Positions 1-13,800 of a stretch of 64,000 nucleotides of DNA are shown piece by piece; positions within the stretch are counted from its first letter, which is position 1, and each line of letters starts with the position of its first letter. The stretch lies in the NCBI RefSeq assembly GCF_009914755.1, contig NC_060942.1; one strand, written 5' to 3'. Both the position numbers and the translations under genes were made by a program. The stretch is from the human T2T-CHM13v2.0 reference genome, Homo sapiens. The notes under the pieces were generated by a model that was not told the DNA's origin, searched no databases, and saw nothing but the letters and a program-made list of their open reading frames with translations.

Positions 1-2382
1 TGCAAGGCTCTGAGCAATTACAACTCGGACCAGTGCTAGGAAGGAGTTACAGTGTCATGAGAGCCTATGATGGGAGGATTTGGCCCCTTCAGGGCAAACG
101 ACAGTGTAACAAAAGTCATTGGTAGGAAGGAAGCAAAAATAAAATTAGGGGAAAAAAGTGAGATCATATACAATCAAGTAAATTTGAGGTACAACAATAT
201 GTTAACAATTATGGCAAGAATATAACAGCATATATTAAAGAATTTACAGAAGGCATTATGGAAGAGTGAGAAATGAGCTGGAATTTTAGCTGCAGATGAG
301 GATGAGAGAGCAAAAGAAAGCAGGATACCCCACTGCTCACTGGGGTCTGATGCTATGCAGAGCAAAGATCTCACATAAACACAGACACAGGAATGCCATT
401 AGCAAAGATGTAAAACCGTGGTGAAACCAACGTAACTACAATTGAAGGGAGAATTTTGAGGGCAAACTCCTATTGCAAAAGCAAATGGGATAGATAAGAT
501 GGGATCAGTTCCTTGGGAGCTGCTAATGCCTGGACTGAGAATATGATCAGAGCAGTGTGATGAAAAAAGTATTTAGGAAGATGACTCAGGCACCAGTGGC
601 CGAACAGCCCAAAAGTTTTTAATGAGAGGGAAGTTGAATGGCCCAAACCACTGCTCCATCTAGCAAATATTTATCAAGCAACTACTATATACAATGTAAA
701 TAAGGCATTATTTTTAATGTCTAGAATATATTCCTTAACTTTCTGGTTCTGATATTTCTAATAAATGTGAATGTTTACACGTACAAATAATTACTCAGAT
801 GCCCTGTGAATGTCAGACTAAAACTGTAAATTGGGATCAGATTGACTTATATCAAAACCACTGGACAATTTAATTTCTACAGTCCCTTTACCTGGAGAGA
901 TGCTTACTTAGAATTCCTGTTTTGAATTAAGAAGGACACACAGTTTAGTTGCCTCTAGGGATTTGGGCCTTTTAGAGGTTATTTTTAGAAAGATTTGTTT
1001 TGGGAGAGGTCAGTTGGTCTACAGTTCCAGCTGAAAAGTTTTATGGCTAGAGCTAATTAGTTTCCTTAGTATTATTTTTGGCCCTTCTCTAATCTCTGTT
1101 AATAACAGGAAAATACACAGAAAATTGCTCCAAATCCACAAAGAAATAGGAGAGTCATGGTGCCTTAGTAGAAAGAAGCTACAAGAAGAAATAAGTCAGT
1201 TAAAAGGAACATATTAAAAACAAGTAAAATAACGTATGATCAATAATATGTAGTCTGAATATTGAAAACATTTTAGATGGATTATATTTCAGAAGATCAT
1301 AAAATATCTTGACCCCTCCCACTTAGAAGTATCACAAAATTGCCCTACGATCATAAGTAATTCTCTTTCAAGTCTTCCAGAATGCCAGGATGATATATAG
1401 TTGCCATCAGTCAAATTGTCTGAGTGATGCTTTAAGTATATATATAAAGTAACACGTATAAATAATGAGATAATTTCAGAAAGAACTACATACTTATCTT
1501 TTTTTTGCTATAAGATGACCTATCAATTCACCCTTAAATACTAATCCTGATGAAAGTCTTATTTTAAAGAATTTTTTGCAGATACTTATCTTGGATACAG
1601 TATACACTGAATAGCAATAGAAATAATACGCTCTAGGACAGTACGAAAACTAATGTGTCAAAGTTAACATTTCATAAGGTGTATTGAAAAAAATTGTATA
1701 GAGTTCTCTTAAGAAGATTCGGAGAATTCTGGTTCTGCCAATATGGAGTAGCCCACTCCTCCCAGGTCCTCCCTCTTGCAATTGAAAAACCCTGGACGTA
1801 ACACAAGCATAGGAAGACTCTGAAAGGTGAAAACAGAGGCAGACAATCTAACAGCCTTAGGAGTTGTGGAACTCATGGAAGCAAGTTCTCTGGGTTTCTG
1901 TATTGCTTCCTGTATGTTCCAGATAGGAGCTTACAGTTGTGGCAGGGTCAAGCAGAAGTGGATCTAGCATGCATCCTTCCCACCCACACCTCCTCCCAGA
2001 AGAAACAGACAGGGGTGATCAAATTCCCCCATTGGATGGTCTCTACATGGCCAGGCAGAGAGCTAATCTTGCATGTCCCAAACAGGAAGCAGGTAGTGTT
2101 TTTATTCCCCTGCCAGCATTGTGACCATGGAGCTGAGTAGGGAGCTGACCATAACCCTTCCCTGTTCAGCAGAAATAGGTGGTGGCCTGAGTTCCCCACC
2201 AGGAAGTGCCCATGTAGTCCAACGGCAAGCTGAGCCTCCATCTCCACCTGCTACTACAACTGTGATGAATCTTTAGGAACTGATGTGGAATGGAAAAAAA
2301 AAAAAAAGCCACTCCTAAAAGGTTGCAACTCTGGGATTCCATTTATACAATAGTCTTAAAGTGACAAAATTACAGTAATGCA

Positions 2383-2678
<296 letters not shown>

Positions 2679-2680
<2 letters not shown>

Positions 2681-2745
2681 TATATATATAATTGTGTGTG
2701 TACACACACACACACATATATACACACATGTATATACACATATAT

Positions 2746-2797
<52 letters not shown>
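2679..2797. repeat. Compound (TA)n/(TG)n/(CA)n microsatellite in the Alu tail
   Basis: Directly visible; includes a long pure CA run at ~2751-2796. Confidence 0.97.
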
Positions 2798-2799
<2 letters not shown>

Positions 2800-3284
2800 T
2801 ACAGAAATGTAGAAAAGATCAGCCAGGGCCCAGAGGTTGGGAAGCAGGGAAGGGGAAGGAGGAAGAAGCTATACAGCAAATGAGAGATCCTTGTGAGGAT
2901 GGAAATGTCCTATATGAATGTCAGTATCTTGGCTGTGATACTGTATTATGTTTTTTGAAGAAGTTACCATTGGAGGAAACTTGAGAAAAGGGTACATGGA
3001 ACCTCTGTATTATTTCTTACAACTCTACATGAATCTGCAGTTATCTCAAAATTAAAAGCTTAAAAGGGATTTAATCAACAGGTATGAGATTATTCATTAA
3101 GGAATCTTCCAATTGTCAGATTAAACATTATTATTTTGTATTTTAATATAAAATTATTCAATTTCAATATAAAACTATTGTTTCTAAACCAAAATAGGAG
3201 AGGTAGTTATCTCCATTTTCTGGAGATTGGACTAAAAAATTTTTCTTCATCTAATAGACTAGATACCAAAATTCTATCACATTA

Positions 3285-3400
3285 GTATTCATTCAATCAT
3301 TAAACATTTGTTAAGAACCAACTATGTACCCTGCTCTAAGTTATAGGAATAAAGTAATGAATGAAACAAACTGAATACTTGCTCTCTGGTGCTTACTTTA
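3285..3400 (-). mobile_element. L2 3' end fragment
   Basis: ATTCATTCAATCATTAAACATTTGTTAAGAACCAACTATGTACC is the reverse complement of the L2 3' terminus. Confidence 0.65.
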
Positions 3401-4653
3401 TGAGAGAAGTACTCTGTATTTCATTCATGTTGGTCAACTAGTTCTTTTTCACTATGTAATCAGATTAACTTTCTCTCAGGCCTTTGCCAAGATATAAACC
3501 AATCACGCTGAAAGGTTGTGTTTCCTACCTACTACTTTGTTAGGTTGAAATACTTCTTTCTTCCTTTGCATTAATAATCCTTAGTGAAACTAAAAGGATA
3601 TCTGAAGATATAGTAAGGTAGGAAGCTGAAAGAATGTGAGTCACTTAGGATTTTACTGGAAAAGCTCTCTAAGCTGAAAATGTTTCGAGTAGGATCAGTT
3701 CTCACTGTGTGTTAATATCTATATCTATACATGGGATATAATGTGATGGAGGGAAACTAGAAGTAAATCTGAGACTCTTCTTACTGGCATTGATGATTTC
3801 AGGTTTTTCAGTGACCCATCTATGGCATCGTTTTGAGTGTCACAAGGATAAAGTTTACATTAAAACACAAAGGGCTTTCAGAGGAAAAACTTAATTTCTA
3901 AAATAATGTAATTAGTTTTTTTAATAAACACTTGATTGCATTTTTTCCATAAATACACAAACACCTACCACAAGCACTATGAAGAATGCAAAGATATTGT
4001 ATCATAGATACACCAATAAGCTCTTAGTCTTAAAGAACTTAGCCAAATCTGAAGTAGGGTATATATGGATACAGAACATGAAAAGATGGTTCATAAGGAA
4101 CCAAATGGACTTGTCCTCCCATATGTGGTGTCCAGTATAGTTCCATGATCCATGACATAAACCCCATGAGACTATAAAGATCGAAAAATATGAAAGTCAG
4201 AAACACAAATATGGAGGCACAATGAGCTTTGCAAATAGCCCTAAAACAGCAGCTTTTTTATGACATGTATTTACATGTGGTTTGCCATTTTATGCATGTC
4301 CTTGATAAGAACAATATGATTGCATGCTTCATTACCATTCAAGTACCAACTGGAGGCTTCACAGATTCTACCACTTTGTATACAGACAGCATAAACAGAA
4401 GAAATACTTAAACTTTTCTATTTCACATTGCAGCCATAAAAACAGATTGTTTATCCAGCTGAACTCTTTCATGTGAGACACAAGAGCACTATAACCAAAT
4501 ACCGAAACTCAATGGCAGGGCCCAACTCTTCCTAGAAATACAGTAATGAACCAAGAAGCAAGTGGTCTTAAACTCAGTTTGGCTTTTCCACTAGATAAAG
4601 TAGCCATCATACTAACTAAGTACATAATCTTTATCTTGACTCTCCTGCAGTGA

Positions 4654-5046
<393 letters not shown>

Positions 5047-5176
5047 TAATCATGCACATAACAAAAGTTGCAGATAGATCAATGGAATTCATAAACGCCC
5101 TAACTCCAGGAATTAAGAGAAAATTTAACTTGGTATTTTGAATTCCCACTCAATTCAGTTAATTCAGAAATGCCTG

Positions 5177-5483
5177 GGCTGGGCACAGTGGCTCACGCCT
5201 GTAATCCTAGCACTTTGGGAGACTGAGGAGGGCAGGTCATGAGGTCAGGAGATCGAGACCATCCTGGCTAACATGGTGAAACCTCGTCTGTACTAAAAAA
5301 TACAAAAAACTAGCTGGTAGTGGTGGCGGGTGACTATGCTCCCAGCTACTCAAGGGCTGAGGCAGGAGAATGGCATGAACCTGGGAGGCACAGCTTACAG
5401 TGAACCAAGATCGCGCCACTGCACTCCAGCCTGGACTATAGAGCAAGACTCCGTCTCAAAAAAAAAAAAAAAAGAAAAGAAAG
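5177..5483 (+). mobile_element. AluY/Sc-like
   Basis: Diagnostic motifs AGGAGATCGAGACCATCCTGGCTAAC and GAGAATGGCATGAACC; poly-A tail. Confidence 0.93.
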
Positions 5484-6530
5484 AATACCTGGAAGTAAAA
5501 ACAATGAAATCAAGTACAAGTTGTACTGGAAAAAAACACCATAAACATAATACTATTCCATGTGCAAAATATCCATGTGCAAAATATATTATAGTCATAC
5601 CCATTTTGACAAAACATTCATCCATGCATTTTAACATATCTCTCAAACTACATCATCCAGCTCAGTGTCCCTGATTTAAGAATAGTATATCAAGTAAAGC
5701 CACTCAAACATATTTAGCACTGCTTTGATAACAGTCCATTAAAACTATTCGTAACTCTCTGTCTCTGCAGTAAATTAGATCTTGGATCACCTTAATGCCA
5801 GAACTGCTGTGGTCAGCACCATTAGAATGAACACATAGAGGCAGCCTGTGCTTCATCTGAAAACTCTGCTCCTTTGTCTTATTTGAAATTACATCCTTCA
5901 TCCCAAGACCTGAAAGGGCTTGAGTTGTTGGGTAAAGCAAACATCTCTGTCCTCTCTCAGACTGCTACTGCCAGGCATCAGCAGGAAGGACTTTTGCAGC
6001 CTAAAAAGGAGAATTTGGCCCATCAGTTTAAATGACCTCGAGCTATGTTATTTGATGGCAACCAAGAGAGTACAGTGAAATGTAACATGTAGGATTTTAC
6101 AAGAAAGGAGGGCCAGGGTGGGTTTTGTTCCTCTTCTCAGATAAATTTGGTCCGTCGGTTATTCTGTGGAAAAGGTACTCACTCTCCTCCAAGGTCACTT
6201 GGATAGGAACCACAGATTTCTAGGAAAGTTATGTTATTAAATTGGCTACTTACACATAAAAGGAAGATCACATGGCAGAATTTAGCCCAGGATGTTCTGG
6301 ACTGGGAATAAAACAATCCTTTGGTAGGGAATCCCAGTGCTAACTAGATATTCCCAAGATCTGAGAACATGAAAAGCAGGGTACTATACGGAGTTAGGGG
6401 AAATTGCAGGGCTAACAAATTCATGGAATGACTCATGGCAAAGTATTTGCGCAAACTGGTTGCAATGAAACCACCTAGGGAATATCAGGGCTATTTCACT
6501 AGATAGAGGCCACTGGTTTTGACTCACCGT

Positions 6531-7280
<750 letters not shown>

Positions 7281-7431
7281 CTAAGATCTGAGCTGCCTGA
7301 ATCCCAGGATACAATGATGAGGAGAGGATACATTGGCTTAGAAACCACTTAGTTTGCCAGCAACAGTGGAAGAGGATTCCCTTGATCCAGAAAAATGGGT
7401 CAGGTTATATAGAGACACAGACTCATTAGAG

Positions 7432-7550
7432 GTACGATACTTCTTCAAAGTATCGTACAAAAGTCCCTCCTAATGATCCAGCTTTAACTTCTTTACCTCA
7501 GACCTATACTGAGGTAATGAAGTTAAAGCTAGATCATTAGGAGGGACTTT
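7432..7550. repeat. Two adjacent inverted repeats (11-bp arms; 42-bp arms)
   Basis: GTACGATACTT/AAGTATCGTAC at 7432-7442 and 7448-7458. Arms 7460-7501 and 7509-7550 pair at 40/42 with a 7-nt loop. Confidence 0.95.
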
Positions 7551-7842
7551 AATACAGCCCAACTAGTGTCCTTACAAAAATGGGAATTTGGACACAGATA
7601 TAGACATGCATAGAGGGAAGATGTAAAGAGACACAGTATAGGGAGGAGACAGTCATCTACAAGATAGGGGATGAAGGGAGAGGCTTGGAACAGATGCCTC
7701 CCTCATAGCCCCGGAAGGAACTAACCCTGCCAACACTTTGATTTCAGACTTCTAGCCTTCAGATCTGTGAGAAAAAATTTCTATTGTTTTAAGTCGTCCA
7801 ATTTGCAGTACTTTGTTATGGCCACCCCAACAAACTAATACA
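7509..7842 (+). mobile_element. 5'-truncated MaLR LTR (MLT1B/C-like)
   Basis: GTGTCCTTACAAAAATGGGAATTTGGACACAG...GAAGGAACTAACCCTGCCAACACTTTGATTTCAGACTTCTAGCC...CTAATACA terminus. Confidence 0.85.
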
Positions 7843-8498
7843 CCTGCAAACCATGCAGATGTTTATATAGAAAAAGTCAACACTCTCTCTCACCTTGACC
7901 ATTTCCTGCCCTTTGGGTAACTGATATCAGCATTGTGGAGTATATCTATTCACACTTTTTCCATACACATGATTTTTACTGGTTCATTTTTAATTAAATT
8001 ATGATAGCACTTTGCAATGTACTTTTTTATCCATCTTCCAGATGGACTTATTATAACTCTCACTCATTAATTGCTATGTAATATTCAATCTTATGTATCA
8101 CTCTTCTGCTGGTTAACAATCAGGTTATTTCAGGTTATATGGCATCACAAAAAAAATGCTGTGATAAACATCCCTGGACATATGTTTTCAATTTTAAAGC
8201 ATAGATTTCTTAAATTAGAATTTCTCATTCAAGAATTATGTGTATTTCCTATTCTTCAATGCCCACCCCCACCAATGTATCAAAATATTTCTCAGCTAAC
8301 AGTGCACATAAATTTCATAAACCTATTTGATTATGTTTCAAAAGCCTGTTTAAAGAGAATGATAATCACAAAGAATCTGATTAGACCCTTAGATGGAGGT
8401 CTTTGTTGCATTCTGGTAGATGAGGAAAAATATAAGTCATGAACACTATTTTCATCCACGCAGAAATAGAGTCCCTTCACAAATCCCTTTTTCCTGGA

Positions 8499-8795
<297 letters not shown>

Positions 8796-10884
8796 CCCTT
8801 TTTCCTGTTTTTAATGGAATGTGTCCCATACAAACCATTGGTTTCCATGAATGTCCATTTTTATTACTTCTTTATTCATTTAAGGCAACCTAGAAATGCC
8901 AGTGCCAAAGCCCAAACTGAAGCTGACAGATGCTAGCCAGTTATTCTTTCAACTACAGAGTAATTTCCTGGTTCTAGCAAAAAGCATGGCAAGAACTCTG
9001 TTCCCCTCAATCCACTCTCAATTAACAGATGAAGCTTTAGAACCTTGTGAGGAAGTGGGAATGCCCAGACATTTCACCTACAATGGACTCTACTGGTGAT
9101 TTCAGGGGAGAGCTGGCAGGAAGTAGAACACAGCCTGTGGAGATTTTGGGCACGTACTATGATTCCAAAGCCATTATTGAGGCAACTTTGCTGAAGTCAG
9201 GGCTCTTGGGAGAAAGGGACATGCATAGAGCATTTCTATTGCTGAGCAAATTGGCCATGACTTACTATGCAGATCTGCAGGAAAATGAATGAATAATGTT
9301 GAGCTTGAAAAATGCACTGGGCTTGCAAACGCTTTTGTCATGTCAACACAACTGAGATTGGCACCTCAAGAAGAGTGGCTCATCCCTGACAGATCACTCA
9401 TGTGTTCCTTTAAAAAATGAGAATTTAGGAGGAGACTCAATCATAAATTATTCATTTGGGGTTTTTTTTTTTTTTTTTTCATTTTATTTCAGAACATTCT
9501 CCTGGTCATGTCTTAAGTGAATTTCTCCCTGGTCCCATCATTTACAAATGCAGACAATTCTCAGTAAAGGAGCCAGATCTTAAGAAAGGAGCCACAGGAC
9601 TTCCCCTCCCTTAAGAGAAGTCACTCTAGCCCTCAGTTGCTGCCCTCAATTGCTACCCGCTTTCTAGGCCAGTAATAGCTGCAGCCCAATTAAGGCTGTA
9701 AAGGTGGCCCTTATTAACATTTTAAAAATAAAGCCATCTTCACCTAAACTTGGTAAGAACAAGTATTTTTCTTTTACCACCATCAAACCTCAAACACACC
9801 AAGATTTTCCTCTGGGAAATCACTGCATGTTTTATATGCTATATTTATGTCTCATTGTAAAGCATTCATTGGTTTATAGACCTTGGGTCCTCGAGGAAAC
9901 ATCACAAATCCTTATTATACTTCTTGGTATTAAATTTGGTGTTAGAATCTGATTTATCTGCCAGCCTAACTCACATGTAAACAGACATCTCTCTCAAAGC
10001 TTCTTCAAATTCAATAACCCCCCACCAAAAATAGTTCATGCTAAAGCTCTAGCCTTGAAGTTCACTGCAGTTACATTGTCAATGTGTAAGGATAATGATA
10101 AACAAATTGTACTTAGTTCTTTCCTCATTATGTTCACTTTTCCTTACACACACACACCCCCATACACAGACAAGGGACCAGAAAAGTGTAATTTTGAAGG
10201 CCTTTTAAAGACAAGTATTGGTAGGCTTTCTAAGTGAATACAGTAATCTTCTTTAAATGAAGGAATGAATCAGTCACCACGAGGTGACGGTGAAGTCCAA
10301 TAAACAGGGCAATAAATAATGATCATCTAATTAATGCAGATTAAAGACTCAGCCCAAGGACATTCCTCCTTATAAGTTATCACCTTTCCAAGGAATGCAA
10401 ATATTAAAAAATCTTCATATAAGTTTATGTTGCGATTTGCTTTCTAATTGCCACATAAGATTGTTCTGATGGGAACTTATATAGAAAATTTAATCATTTG
10501 AGTATCTTTTAAGAGAATCTAATTATATGTGAAGTTTTTTGCAGATGTCATCCTCCTGGTTGTTCCTTTTAGTGATCGTAAATAGCATAGCATTGCCAAC
10601 TAGAAAATTACAGAAGAAACCCTTTTCTCCTTTGACATTTTCAAAATACTGAAATATTTAAGCAAATGTTTAATAAGTATGACTATGTACTACTGAATAT
10701 ATTTCTAATGTGAAATGCGCATTATATGTATGAAAAGCCAATCAGAACTTAATTCTGATTCAAGTTAGTAAAATGTTATTGTGTTCCAATGATGTGCAAA
10801 GCATAATGCTAATAAGGAAGAGAGTAAAAGATATGGGATGGCCCCTGCCCTCAAGGAACTTCCAAGTCAACTTACCTTTTTCTC

Positions 10885-11192
10885 TTTTTTTTTTTTTAAA
10901 TTTGAGACGGAGTCTCACTCTATCACCCAGGCTGGAGTGCAGTGGTGCAATCTCAACTCACAACTCACTGCAGCCTCTGCCTCTCAGGTTCAAGCAATTC
11001 TCCTGCCTCACCCTCCCAAGTAGCTGGGATTACAAGTGCCCACCACCATGACTGGCTAATTTTTTGTATTTTTAGTAGAGACAAGGTTTCACCATGTTGG
11101 CCAGGCTGGTCTCGACTCCTGACCTCAGGTGCTCCACCCACCTTGGCCTCCCTAAGTGCTGGGATTACAGGCGTGAGCCACCATACCCAGCC
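10885..11192 (-). mobile_element. AluSx-like
   Basis: Full Alu in reverse, ACCTTTTT flanks, small internal CAACTCA duplication. Confidence 0.95.
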
Positions 11193-12019
11193 ACCTTTTT
11201 CTGTTACGTGAACTAAACGGTCTTTAGTTTCCAAAGTAGAAAGAAATCTTGAACAATAGTTTCTATATCAAGGGTCCTTATAAATCACATGTGTTGTTCT
11301 CATGCTCAAGAATGAGAAAAGCCACTGAAAACAAACCACATATTTTTTAGATAAATACACACCAGTTGTGGGGGTTGTCCAGATCAACCAAAATAATGCT
11401 TTTGAAAATCAAGATAGGATAGCATATTTAGAAAGTATATCATATTTAGATTATGATTTAATCTTTATTTTGGTTGGATCTGAACAGTATTTTGAAATTA
11501 TTCTAGAAATAATGCAAGGAAAGAATCTAGTGTAATTTTATTCATAAAAATCAAGAAAGCTACTGATTTTGCACATAAGTCAAAAAAAAAGTACAGGTGA
11601 AAAATATGGTTAAATTATAGAATATTAAACATCATTAAATTTCTGTCATGGGTTTTTTCTGAAATATTTTTTGACAAGTTGTATAACATCTTTGTACAGT
11701 AAATTAAGGATTACCTTGTAAAAATTTGAAACTATGAAGTCAATTATTAAAATATTATTTCAGAGTATTTTAATAGATGAACTAAAGACATATTCAAATA
11801 AGGTGGTTATAAGTTACTTTCTATGTTTGTAGAATTTCCAAAGCCTTTGAATCCTGTAGGTTTGTAGAATTGTATCTTTTGACATCTTGAAAAAAGATAA
11901 CTGAAAAATAATATGGTTCAGCGGATTTGAAACTGCCTGCACAACAGTTCCCAAACAGTATTGATTACTAGATCAATTTCAAACTAATGGGTGTTTGTTA
12001 ATTTTATGCTAAAGAAATC

Positions 12020-12270
12020 TTCCCTTGGTTCTGTTCAAATATTAAGAGTGACTTGGATGAGGACATGGATAATCTGTTTACCAAACCCATAGATGACAAA
12101 GGTGATGCAGACAGCAACTCTGCAGGTTGATCAAGTAGATTCAGTTGGTCTCAATAGGATAGAATGATGTATTGGATTACATGAAAATGAATAGGATAAA
12201 TGTATAAATCTGGCACATGAGTTTATAAAAATGTATCAGTATAGAAGAGCAATGGTACAGCAACTGTAGT
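12020..12270 (+). mobile_element. L3/CR1 LINE fragment (RT region)
   Basis: GTTCTGTTCAAATATT...GTGACTTGGATGAGGACATGG...ACCAAACCCATAGATGACAAA...AATAGGATAAATGTA resembles the recalled L3 consensus around the degenerate FADD motif. Confidence 0.6.
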
Positions 12271-12567
12271 ACACCCTCATAGATTGCAATTCCAATACAA
12301 AAGCAGGTGAGGTGTCGGTAGGAACTAATATTTACTGAATGACTTAAGCTCCTAACCACAGGCATCAGAGATCCAAGCATTGATATTATTCCCATTTTAT
12401 AGAGAAACAGACATAAAATAATTTCCCCTATGTCCTACAGACTATAAAAGATGAATCTGGAATTTGAACCTAGAGCAATCTTTCTGTAAAGCCCTGCTTT
12501 TATCAAGCCATTATCATGTAAACAGTGTAATAAAGATACTGTAATAACTAATGTAATCCTGGGTTAC

Positions 12568-12917
12568 TATATTAGTTCATTTCCACACTGCTGATAAAGA
12601 CACACCCGAAACTGGGAACAAAAAGAGGCTTAATTGGACTTAGTTTCACATGGCTGGGGAGGCCTCAGAATCATGGCAGGAGGCAAAAGGCACTTCCTAC
12701 ATGGCGGCATCAAGAGAAAAATGAGGAAGAAGCAAAAGCGGGAACCCCTGTTGAACCCATGAGATCTTGTGAGACTTATTCACTATCACAAGAATAGCAC
12801 AGGAAAGACATGTCCCCATTCAATTATCCCCCCAGGGTCTCTCCCACAACGTGTGGGAATTCTGGGAGATACAATTCAAGTTGAGATTTGGGTGGGAACA
12901 CAGTCAAAACCTTATCA
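12568..12917 (-). mobile_element. THE1C-like solo LTR (ERVL-MaLR)
   Basis: TATATTAG...CTGCTGATAAAGAC...GAGATTTGGGTGGGAACACAG...TTATCA, with a perfect 5-bp TSD GTTAC (12563-12567 / 12918-12922). Confidence 0.92.
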
Positions 12918-13049
12918 GTTACATTAGCAGAAGTAGAAGGCAAAAAAAAGAAATAGTAGTCTTTCTCTAGTTTACATTAAGTCAGATGTTTATGGAAATC
13001 TAATGTAAAGATTAACACATATACACATTCATCAAGATGAAAAGAGAAA

Positions 13050-13412
13050 AACAAATACGAGGGTATTTATACAATGAAATACTACTCATCACTAATAAGG
13101 AACAAACTACTGATAAAACAACATAGGTGATCTAAAAAAAAAAAAAAAGTTGAGCAAAAGAGTGTGCGCTGTTTAATTCCACTAGTATGAAGTCCATGAA
13201 AAGGCCTAACTCGTCTATGCTGATAGAACAGTAGCTCCCTCTGGGAAGGTTGCCTGGAAAGGAGCATAGGGAATTTTCTGGAATGATGAAATGTTTTATA
13301 TTTTGATTGAGATGGTAGTTACAGAAGTATATACTATTGTCAAATGTACCAAACTATACACTTAAGATTTGTGCATTCTATTATATGGAAGATATACCTC
13401 AAGTCAAAGAAA
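13050..13412 (+). mobile_element. L1ME/MD 3' end fragment
   Basis: ATACAATGAAATACTACTCA...GGAATTTTCTGGAATGATGAAATGTTTTATATTTTGATTG...CACTTAAGATTTGTGCATT. Confidence 0.7.
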
Positions 13413-13639
13413 AAGTAATGTACAGAAACTAGAGACTATGGTACTATGACAGTGAAGTATCAAGAAATCATGACCTAGGTGAAACATGCAATCTAAGAAA
13501 TACTATTTGCAAACATTTACTTTATTAGCAAGAAGTCCAGGAAAGGGGAGATAGAATGAGGTATAATATTGATGTTTAAAATTATACCCTAAGAGAAAAA
13601 GAATAGTCATAAGTACTTTTTAGGGAGTGTAATTAGGAT

Positions 13640-13800
13640 GAATAAGCAGACATTTTACCTCAGTCTAAAAATTGTCTATAGTCAAAGCAGTTCAAACATG
13701 AAATTGTATGAAGTTGTAAATTCCCCACTGTTCCAAGTGCCAGGCAGAGCCAGACAGCCTCCTATCATAATGTTCACAGAGGATACTTGGAACCTAAAGC
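13640..13800 (+). mobile_element. L3/CR1 3' fragment
   Basis: GAAGTTGTAAATTCCCCACTGTTCCAAGTGCCAGGCAGAGCCAGACAGCC resembles the recalled L3 3' end. Confidence 0.5.

Noticed and set aside
892-916. Possible 25-nt minus-strand microexon (..TTCAAAACAG|GAATTC..CTCCAG|GTAAAG)
   Set aside because: Weak polypyrimidine tract, length not a multiple of 3, no recognisable peptide; such matches occur by chance.
2692-2984. HT-repeat ORFs
   Set aside because: Translation of the (CA)n microsatellite.
5704-5940. Minus-strand ORF with a possible acceptor (CCCTTTCAG) and GTGATC donor
   Set aside because: Weak donor and no recognisable homology.
9047-9292. Protein-like 81-aa ORF (..MDSTGDFRGELAG..)
   Set aside because: No recognised family, no convincing splice sites or promoter; length is within chance expectation.
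9455-9720. Strong-looking plus-strand acceptor (poly-T..TTTCAG at 9492)
   Set aside because: All three downstream frames hit stops within about 125 nt, and there is no good donor.
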